Of a DNA stretch of 64,000 nucleotides, positions 53,530 through 64,000 are shown in pieces. Origin of the DNA: Mytilus californianus. Taxonomy: Eukaryota. Position 1 is the stretch's first letter; the number at the start of each line of letters is the position of its first letter. Location: contig NW_026262712.1 in the NCBI RefSeq assembly GCF_021869535.1, positions 41,540,001 to 41,604,000 of the forward strand, read 5' to 3'. The notes under the pieces are model-generated. The model did no database searches and had not been told where the DNA came from. It worked only from the letters and a program-made list of their open reading frames with translations. The position numbers were made by a program, and so were the translations under genes.

Positions 53530-53871
53530 AATCCGGATTTAACCTACTCATGAAAACAATATTGCAAAAAAATTTGTCTAATAAAAATTAAAATCAGCTG
53601 CCGAAATATGCTGTATATGTTACCAAGTAGTAAACAAAAGTTATGTGAAACATCTGCGTATGTATACTCCCAGCAAATTTAATTGAATATCCCCTCGATA
53701 TTTTCCGCCTCTTTTTGTTTTATTTATCTTAAAAGATTGCAATATAAACTATTGACGATTAACAGTCAAAGTACTTACTCATATACACTTTCGAATGAAG
53801 CCATGTTATACATCGCAGAATGTGTCCCTTTAACGACAGTAGATTTAGTATCAAATCATTTTGATTTTTAG

Positions 53872-54376
53872 ATTTGGAAATTACGAAAACAATCGCAAAG
53901 AAAAGGAACCTGTACAAGCTGGTGTACTGATACAGGTTTTGTTGTAATCTCTTATCAAAATGGCCGTTTATTTAAATTTCTGCATTACCAATCAGACGTG
54001 GTATATCGTATCACCTGCAAAACTAATCAAACCTGACATAACTTAGCTTGCATAACCAATCACAATTGACAGTACTCATTATATACTACTTATCATACCA
54101 TACATTACAAAGCCTTCATAACCACATAGAACAGCTAAGTATATTTTTCTGCAAGTCGTATGCTCTTTATGTTTGGAAATTAGGACAAAAATCGCAAAGA
54201 AAAGGAACCAGTACAAGGTGGTGTACTTATACAGGTTTTGTTGTAATTGTTTTTGTTTAATATCGTTTTTGAAAGAGATGCGAGTTAGACAGCTTATCAT
54301 ACTTTCTACGACAGGTTTCTCTTTAGGTTTGGAAATTACGATGAAAAAACATCGCACAGCAAAATAAACCTGTACA
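53872..54376 (+). repeat. Local direct repeats (two units of about 75 bp and one partial)
   Basis: tttggaaatta...aatcgcaaagaaaaggaacc.gtacaag.tggtgtact.atacaggttttgttgtaat at 53872 and 54174; partial at 54328. Confidence 0.8.
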
Positions 54377-55090
54377 AAAAAAAAATCTAAATCAAAATCC
54401 GTGAACTGACACATGTTTGTATTTTTTGTTTTTTGTTTTTGTTTCATATCTTCTTTTTGTATATCTTGTATTGAATCGTGCTATAATGTGACCTTTTTCT
54501 ATATAAATTTAAAACTCTACCACTTAAAATAATTGATCTGGTACATTGATACAAGGATAATTATTGTGACTATTGTTAGTCAAAAACTCAATTTTAATCA
54601 TTTAATTCATACATGCACATAGTGACTTTTTCATGTGCATTCCAACATACTTTTTATAAATGATTTTATATATTGTGACTTTTTTCTGTGACTTTTTTAT
54701 TGCGACTTTTTTCCTGTGACTTTTTTTCCGATTACCTTATGTACACTGATTATAACTTAATATGTTCAGAAACTCATAATCGATACCGATACTCGGTAGA
54801 TACAATCATGAATTGAGTGTGAGCTTCTTTCTAAAATCTATTCACTTTAAAATTTCCTTTTAGATTTGAGCCACTTGTGATTTTTTAAAATTGTTGGAAG
54901 CGTTTTTTACAAGGACTAGCATTGCATGAACTAACCTCACATTTTGAATAGTCATCAGGAATTTGCATTGCTATATTCTGCCTGCCAGATATGCAACTTG
55001 CGTAAACATGCATATTGGGGAGGGGCATCAGTCCCGATATGCGGACAGCTCTAGTTTCGATTCATAATTAACAACTTTATTAAGGTCACC

Positions 55091-55320
55091 ATTTTTCCTT
55101 TGATCTTCTTTGAGCCCCCTTTGCCTTATTTTCATAAATTTTGTCCAATTGTAACTCTTATTGTTTAATATTATTTGGTATTGTTTCATCTTCGTTTAAT
55201 TGTTCATTTCTTAGTGTCGTAAAGTGTTCTAATTTTCTTGTTGTCACCCTTGATAATATCGATTTTTTTCTAAATGTTTGTTCAATACATCAATTATCAG
55301 TTAGACATTCCAAATACAGA
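55091..55320 (-). mobile_element. Short fragment of the same LINE family (endonuclease-RT linker)
   Basis: 55091-55185 is nearly identical to 49542-49635 and encodes ELQLDKIYENKAKGAQRRSKEKW. Confidence 0.8.
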
Positions 55321-56019
55321 TACAAAGGTTAAAAACAAAAACTGAACTTGAATAAAAGTTCACAACATCATGACCATAGATAAAAACGACAAATAGACAA
55401 ATTAAAGTCTACAAACAGTATACAAAAACGAACGATTCAGTACAACGAACACTGACAAACCCGGGTAGACTCAGATGTAAAATGTCAACGGTTGGAGACA
55501 TTATGCAGCTTTCTGATTTTGTTTCGCAATTCTATCTTACCAAAATTTTTCACATTTGTGCTGTTTCTGAATTTTACAACATTACAAATCCAAACACCTG
55601 ATACAACACTTATATACATGTACTTTAAGATATACATGTATGCTACACACGTCATGTGGAGGATGTCATCATTGGAATTGATATTTGTACAATTTTAGTT
55701 ACAATGTATGACATTATCAAATTGAATTAAAAAAAAAAATATATAACATTGCATATATGGCCGACACTTCACACGAGAACTTACAGTTACAACAAAGTCC
55801 CGGAGCCGCTGCACAGCAGATTGGAGTAGCTTGTGGATAAACACATACTTCAAAACGACTACCAGGGATACCTAAAATTTCATATACTTATATTAGTTAA
55901 ACTGTGTGACCAGAATATCATAGTACGGTATTGAAAGGAAGATACATAACGATTACTTACCTTATAGAAAATACTTTTACGTTTCCAATCTCAATTTCAT
56001 TTATTTATTTTGAACATTG

Positions 56020-56300
56020 CTATATAAGCAGGAGGTTTGGCTAGCCATAAAACAGGTTCAACCCACCATTTATTCTTAAAATGCCCTGTACCAAGTCAGG
56101 AATATGGCAATTGTCATCACATAGTCCGTTTTTATGTATATTGGCGTTTGTTTTTGTAGCAGTTTAGTGTTTCTGGTGTTCCATTTTGTTTCTCTTATAG
56201 TTGATGTGGGTCCCTCAGTTTTGGTTTTTGTCCCGGATTTGTTTCTGTAAAATCGATTTATGACTATTGGACAGCGGTATACTACTATTGCCTTTATTTA
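56020..56300 (+). repeat. Interspersed repeat family C (aaatcgatttatgactattgaacagcggtatactactgttgccttt)
   Basis: Reverse copy at 21300-21535; 3' fragment at 52300-52352. Confidence 0.8.
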
Positions 56301-58060
56301 TTTAAAGAGAATGTAATAAAATAAACGACAGAAGTTAACAATAGAATCAATCGTTAATGTTGTTTATGGTTATATTCAAACCTGTATTCATTTCATTAAA
56401 CAAATTATTGTCTTTTATAATCCAAAATTTCTCACTTAACTCTGTTGGGGGGAAAACAATGGCACCAAGGTCACGACACTTTTCCGTTTCCTTATTTTTT
56501 TCTTTTTAATTCAAATCTGTATTCTTTCAACTAGATTGTATTATTATTTGTGCTTTTGAAATTAAAAAAAAAAATCATCACAATGAAGAAAAGACAAAAA
56601 TAGGAAATTTTATGTCCCAAAAGGTAATGGGAAAATGAATACATATATCTACGTACTATGAGTTGGGTATATACATTTTAACTAGATAACTTGTTTTCAA
56701 ATACAGATATCTGCCTTTACAGTCAGAATATATCCTGAATTATATGTCATTTAATTGTGCTATTCAAGTTTAGCTATCTATCTTGACCGTCAGAATATTC
56801 ATGCATTACTTGTCATATAATTGTGTTTTCTGAAGAATCGATTTTATCTTGTAATAGGAACGCGTTAGTATGTGTATATCTAATTATTTCAGAATGTGTG
56901 TCTCTTTTTTCATAACAAACTTGCATTTCAACATAGTGATTTGCTACTTTTTATCGTTTTTCTAAGGAAGTATGTCTTTCAGATGTCTGTCAGAATTGTG
57001 GTATTGGGTTGTTGTTTCATTGACGTTGAATTCATATAAAAAATAATACAATTATGTAAAACTACTTACAAGAAGGATGCAAAAGGAATCTAGCTATAAG
57101 TTAAAAATTAAAAAAATACAATAAAACAGAGAACTAATGGTTAATTTTTCGATACATTGTATTTCTGTGTTTTTTTTACTGCAACACAGATGTTCTATAT
57201 GAAATATTTTAGGTTTAAACAATTATTTTTTTTTAATTTAAAGCAGACGACGTAGAAATTTCTCGAACCTGTAATCATTATTTGATTGGTAAAGACAACT
57301 CTACGGAACCGAATTATGACAAACAAGGTGATCTACGGTCATTGACACTATATTAAAGGTGAATATACGGTCAATGAAATTTTATAAGATTGTCTGTAGC
57401 CTCTGTGTTAGTTTTAATTTCTTAACAGTAGTATCTATATTTTTGTCTTTTGTAAATGTAAAGTATAATGTATAGATAGTCAAGCAATAAAGCATGTTAT
57501 AATCGTCATTGCAGGATATACAATCTCGTACACACTTAGCTGTTGGAATATATGCAAGTTGCTATACACTTACAGTTTCGGTTGATATGACCCTCCTGGT
57601 ACAAGTGTGCATGATAAAGTCCGAAGAGTGTGAAAAGCAGTACAATCATTGTGTAATGGTATGGAAACCGTTTAAAACGTGTATTATGAAAAAATCTATT
57701 AATCTTATCTGTATGTATTATTTGAATTAATCTTTACCATGCGTTGGTATTCACTATGTGGAGACGAAAGCAGGAACATGTATATCGTTTCCAATTTTCG
57801 AACAGATTCACGTGTATCTCAGCGATCAAATGCTCATAGGTATGGAGAGACGATCTGTTTCATGTGTTGAACATGCGATTTAAAAAAAAAGCAAACGAAA
57901 GAGAATACATGTTGGTTAGATCAAATGAAAAGTATCCTGTATTCAAAATTCAAAGTTACTTATCATGTTACTCAAGGCATACATGTTATGGGTTCGGGGT
58001 AAATTGATCGCAGGCATCTATAAATATAATGGATATCTAGAACTACAAGTACTTCTATAA

Positions 58061-58831
58061 CAATTGATCTGCATGCCTGAGATTAAATTTTAGCAAACGT
58101 AAATACAAACATCAATGAGACGTCAACTGTAAGATCTGTCGACTAAATTCATGAACAATAGCTGACGTGGTGTATTCTCTAACGTCTTTTCTCAACCCAG
58201 TTCTCAGTAAAAAAAAAATGTATATGTGATTGCATATATCACTGTGTCTATGAACTTTCTTTATTAGTGAATGGACTGTTGGAATCATGATTTTCTTCCG
58301 CCCTTGTTCATCATTGGGGATCTTATAACTAATCGTCTAAAGTACTAAATACAGGATCAGAATATCCAGAAGCAATCCGGTTCAAAAATGATACCACTAA
58401 ATCTTAATAATGTACATGATGTAGAACAACCGCTAAATTCGTAATCTTAATAACGTTCTATCTACCTTCAATAACGTTTTTAATATCGGACTGACATATT
58501 GATGATAACTATCGAAACATTTTTAATTTTTAAAGAATTTTATTAATATATGTTTAATTATGTCCAATAAGTCATTGTCCCTACAATATTGTTTTGTAAA
58601 ACAAACATTATATAAAAACTACTTCATAAGTGAATTATTCTGTGACAGGTCACTTGAAAAGCACCGATATACGTCCACGAGACTGACTATATTTTTCGTT
58701 TCAGGGGAATTAACCAGTATCATCTATAAATATAATGGATACATAGACTTAAAAGTACTCCCATTATTATTTAGTTGACTGCCTGAAATTGGACGTTTGC
58801 TACAATTAATCTCATGCAGTCAGATCAATTG
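58061..58831. repeat. Segment with about 40-bp inverted ends (MITE-like)
   Basis: caattgatctg..tgagattaa..tagcaaacgt and its reverse complement at 58793-58831. Confidence 0.55.
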
Positions 58832-59224
58832 CAATTGGAGTACTCTATAGGTATTCATTACATTTATAGAATCTTGCGATCGATTTTCCACCAAATCACA
58901 ACATGTATGTCTTGACCAAGTGATTTACAATTGTTGAAATCAGGATACTTCACATTTGATCGAACCCATTCTTTGTCGTTTGCTTTTTTACATAATTTGC
59001 ATGTTAACAGATCGTCTGTCCTTATTTTTTTGTTTGTTTGTTTTTTGTTTTTGTTTTTGCATTTGATCACTGAGACATATGTGAATCTGTTCGGAAAGAT
59101 AAAACGATATCTATGTTCTTGCTTTTGTCCCTACATACTGAATACAACAGCATGGTTAAGGTTAATTCAAATAATAAAAAAAGATATATTTTACCATAAA
59201 TCTATAATCCGTGAGGTCTTTTAA

Positions 59225-59804
59225 AAAGGGGTATTAGCCGGCGATTTCATGTTCACCGATTTGACTCAAATTCTCAAATTTGATTAAACACATACTACAA
59301 CTTATATCTAAATTACAATAAGTCTGAAATAAACAATTATCAATGCTTAGACTCGATAATATGTATCAGCAGTTCGTGTGTATTTTAGTCTAGCATCAAT
59401 CTAATTAACCATCGAGATTACCTCTGAAGACTGCCGACGGTCATATAACCCCATTTTTTGTGGTCGAATCAACGAAATGTTCATCATTGTTTCACTTTTA
59501 AGGATGACATGCTTTTCCTTTAAATAGCTAAACACGCCTAGTACATGCGTAACCAATATCCAGCTAAGTAGTTAAGTTAAGTTCACATGAATACGGATTC
59601 ACATGAGATCGAATTATTCACTTGCAAATCAATAATACATCAGCAATGTTTTTGAGCTTATTTTGACAAATATGGGCCAAACTAGCTGCTTATATCGAAA
59701 TGATATTCTAAAATTTCGCTTTTATTACTGGTAATACTTGAAACAGAAAGATTCGTTTTTTTTTTTTTTTTTTTTTTTTGTCTAAATCGTAGCTTATGCA
59801 CCTT
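59225..59804. mobile_element. Degenerate Kolobok-like MITE
   Basis: ttaa-aaaggggtattagc at left and gcttatgcacctttta at right; degenerate inverted ends. Confidence 0.4.
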
Positions 59805-62800
59805 TTATGTAAAAATGTGAACGCCATTCAAGACCCACCAGCAATGCATTTTTTTCTGAATACCAATTTATCCTCCCCCGTCTATAAACAATCGAAAGGC
59901 TCGTGACAACATTTTGGGTTATACATCGATTTCTCATGTGAAAACAGTAAAATCGGAAAGGTATTTCGAGGAACCTATAACAGAAGTAAAAAAACAACAG
60001 AAAACACCATATACAAAAGCAAAACAACAATTCACACACCACTGCACAAAATATAAAAATTAGGTCAAACGAAGAGCAATTTGCTTAGACTGATTAAGTT
60101 CCATTAGTGGCAGCCTTATGTATTGAATCTAAAACTCAGTTGACCTTAGTTGAATTTGGCTTTTTAATTAACGTTCCTTTTGGTCATTTAGCTCCTAATG
60201 TATGTACGTTTCTTATTCCGGGTTACAAATGTTTGGATTTTAGCGTTCCTGATTAAGTTCAATCCAGAAAGGCGCTTCCGAATCATGACATTTACAAAGT
60301 CTTATTTTCAATGATGAATTGTATTCGTTCGTGACCCAACCGGGGAAACGTGACTATGACTGTATGTGCTCTTGGAAAATTTATGAATTGTATTGATAAA
60401 GTACTAATATCTGATTCAAACATCCAAAGAGTATGTAGTTTCACATTAACTTTAACTTTCATGTTAGGTTGCTGATATGATAGAATGTTTATAACTCGGA
60501 AATGTTTCATGGAACAATGACACATGTATTTTGTGTGTCTTGTACAGTGAAATAAGATTTAGTTTATCTTTTTGTTTATTCTACAGAAACATAAAAATGA
60601 AAATAGTAATCCGTGATTGTAAAGGATTTTTTTTAATTAATGAAGAGGATTTCTTTTATTAAAGTACATGTAAATAAAGAGGATTTCCTTACAAACTAAT
60701 AACATATACAAGATGATTCACTGAAAAATATAATTAAAGGAGTAACTTTAAGGTTAATAAAGAGGTCGAAGAAAAAAGAAGGAGAAATATATTCAGTCTC
60801 TTGGAAGTATATCTGTGCTTTTCAAGTGACTTGTCACAGATTAATTATCTTATGAAGTAGTTTATATAATGTTGTTTTACAAACAAAACAATAGTGTTGG
60901 TGCAATGACCTATTGGACATATTTCAAAAAGTTTTGTCCTTCCTTTAAACTTTCATATACACCGTGTGTAGGACAAATATTTTTCAAAAGTGTAATTGCA
61001 CTTACACATGTTTTATTTACTTCATCCTTCGGTTATAGTTTATTGTGACGTGATTGCTGTAATGTCCTGTCAAGCGTCTAAATGACACTATTTATCTAAA
61101 AAAAATATATGAATATTCATAACAATTCGTTATTTACTGTAAATACAATTTTGTGTTTTATAGAAAACTTTATATTGATCAATTTTAATACGTTAAAACA
61201 TTACACATTTAACAAGCTATTGTGAAATTGTTAATAATGACGTTAACAAATAATGTATCCAATCTCCTGCTGCAAACGACAGAATCAAATTAAAAAATGA
61301 GGGATAAAGGCAGATAAGTTGACATATATTCATCACTGATAAACTGATACGATTTATCGGTTTCTCAACTCAATAGCAACATTTTTTCACGATCTCCGAT
61401 CTTTATATACTAGTATAGTCGATTCATCTGTAACTTCTCCTATTGTGTCTTATTCCCGATTGTGACATTTTGACTGAGTGTCAATTCGCATGGAGGTAGA
61501 TTCATGCATAGAAGTACAGGCTTAATCTGTGGACGCATCTGGCATCGCTCAGTTTGTGTTTTTTACACTGATATGTATCTTCCTAAATAATTTATACTAT
61601 TTGATCATCGGCAAAAATATTTTGCTTTAATTTACATCTATGTGTACAGTATGAGTATAGTTAACTTCTACCGATTCATAGTTTAACATAATACTTTCGG
61701 TCAAATAACAAGATATCAGACTTAATTTGACATGTATTTCCCTTTGACGTAATTTCCACAATCAAATGTGTTATACTGTTTAAGTTTTAATTTTATTTTA
61801 TTCTGAATGATTTAATCATTCAATCTAACTTATAGTTCAAATTATGGTAAACATGAACAATCAGTCGACCTCATTATGTTCCAAAGGCTAGGCACAGAAA
61901 TGATGATTTTAATATTTTTACAATAAACAAATCAAAAAATGTAAGAAGATAATTTAAAAGGTCAACGGAGCTATACAAAACAAATAGTTGATGGGAAATG
62001 AATAACACCATAATCAAATGAAACGCAAGGAAAAGACAAAAACTGTAATCTACAAGTATACTTCTCAGCCAATTCAATGGTGACACCAACCAGAAACCGA
62101 GATTGATTCAGAAACAAATATTCTTTTACATGCTTTAAATAAAAGAATTATACCATAACTATTTGATGGTGTTCATTTTTTTTTAGAAAGTATATTATAC
62201 GCAGATCGGAAAATATGTTTTCCAGTATTTAGCTATTACAATGAAATTTCAATGGCATATTTTAATAAACAGTCTTAGGTAATATGACGTATTTGATCAC
62301 TTGATATAAAAATACAATTACTAATGGGTTATTGTGATTAAAAATTATGACGACAAATGCGTTAATTGTCTAAAACAGTCCCTTTTTGACAGCAATATAT
62401 ATGTCTTGTTTTTGTTTAATCTGCTACACCAAATATACAAAGACATTTGATCCGGAAAGGTCAACATCTTAATTTATCGGTGTTATTATAGCTTACTTTT
62501 TAGCAAAGTAAAAAGATATTTCGGTTATGTTTTTTGAATTTATTCTGATTTGCCCACTTTCATGTTTTGATTATTTCTTTTGTATCTGTTTATTTTTTTA
62601 TCATTGATTGCATTTGTTTTTATATAGTTTTGCATTGATCATAAGGTTTTTCTTTTGGTTTTGTTTTCTTTTGCAAGTTTTATGAAAATAAAGGAATAAT
62701 TGCGTTTGTATTTAACACAAACAAATGTTTAAGAATATTTATAAAGTGCCTAGAAAATCAACATAACAATGTTAGAGTAGATATGATTCTTTACTTCCTC

Positions 62801-63039
62801 CCCGACCGTGGCTGGAACCTGTACTTACTTATACGACAACACCGCCTAACATTGCGTAGATGCCTTATCGCCTCCTCTAACTATAGCTGACAAAAAGCAG
62901 CTTTCGTTTCGGGAGATGTTAACTTCTCGTAGGAAATTAACAAGGACATCTAAACACAATACAAAAAGTATGTTGAAGTGTACAGGAATGATCATCTACT
63001 CATCTATTCAGTATAATTACAAGATGTTATTCTATTTTT

Positions 63040-63180
63040 AGCCCAACAATGTTAGATCTGCAAATTTTCATAAGCTAATGCTTGTCCTTCTCTCAGCGGG
63101 ATTCAAACCCTTGCGTCTGTGATATCGTGGCAACACCGCCTGCACATTGTCCAGCGCCCTAGACCACTCGACCTTCTAGG
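63040..63180 (-). mobile_element. tRNA-derived SINE-like head, with a degenerate upstream copy at about 62760-62900
   Basis: Minus strand reads GGTCGAGTGGTCTAG (A-box-like)...GGGTTTGAATCCC (B-box-like). No clean cloverleaf or anticodon arm, so not called as a tRNA. Confidence 0.65.
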
Positions 63181-64000
63181 CTACATAAACATATAGCTTT
63201 CGGAGGTCGATGTAATGCCTTTCCTCGTCGGCTTTATCTAGGGTTGTAACACAGGACATGATGTATAGTAGCAAGTAGATGGTTTACCGTACCTTTCAGA
63301 TCAGCTATTTTGTCTGTCGTAAAGGATGATAATGTTAATTACCATACCGCCACATTAAATTTTATTATACACGTCTAAACATGTGACAATTTTATGACAG
63401 ACTTTCTCCATCGGATAACACGTGGTTATACAGGGCTAACACCCTAAAATAAAAATTAGAATATTAACATATTATAATATCTATACAGTTTGTACAATAG
63501 TGCTTGGTTTATGAAGTTACATAGACCTTAGTATGAACTGAACGGTAACGGTGTCGTCTTCGAGGTTCGAGTTCGTCACATGCATATATTGCAGAGTTCT
63601 TTTCATATACGAATTTTAAATACATATATATCCATCAGACCCGTGCATATAAATAAAGGACGTTTTGATCGCTGACTGTTGTCATGATAACTTTCACATA
63701 GAATCCGTCAAATACATGTACGTCAAATAGGCTATGGATCATCGGTCACCGATCATTCATCGATCAGTCAAAAATACGTCTTCGATCGTTCACCGATCAA
63801 TCAAGCTCACGTCAAACAATAACACATATTGTAAGTACTGTAGCCTGTCCAAACAACCAGCATCACAAATGTGGTGTTTGTTGCTTTGATTTGTATCTTC
63901 CCACTCGGTTTTACGAGATTTAAAGATTGGTAAACTACTGTCAATTTAGTTTTAAATCGTTGTTTTCATTATGATTATATGTACCTTATATTAAGTTATA

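Noticed and set aside
63092-63180. tRNA gene
   Set aside because: A and B boxes are present, but there is no acceptor stem or anticodon arm and it sits in a duplicated unit. Treated as SINE-like.

Overview
AT-rich, repeat-dense eukaryotic DNA. The repeat families resemble those of mytilid bivalves (Mytilus-like), which is an inference from recalled repeat motifs and not a database result. There are no prokaryotic features, CRISPR arrays or rRNA genes. The standout is an apparently intact 7-coding-exon gene (28422-34888, +, about 1330 aa). Its first coding exon carries a complete RAG1/Transib/CMC-type DDE transposase core with near-RAG1 motif spacing and a SAP-like insertion. It is followed by six phase-1 exons, and I found no flanking TIRs or RAG2-like partner, so it is a candidate domesticated RAG1-like recombinase. 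Other content: a decayed Sola3-type DNA transposon with a spliced relic gene (7478-13800); a non-autonomous CACTA element with a 3-bp TSD (16484-18622) nested in Kolobok-like MITEs, which are themselves inside a HINE-like repeat; a 2678-bp-period tandem element interrupted by a decayed L1/Tx1-clade LINE (about 46695-50420); a perfect 130-bp palindrome; a divergent class A GPCR gene with one in-frame stop (52393-53529); and many MITE, HINE and SINE-like repeats. Most short ORFs in the supplied track are spurious. All alignments were done by eye, and repeat boundaries without a stated TIR or TSD are approximate.
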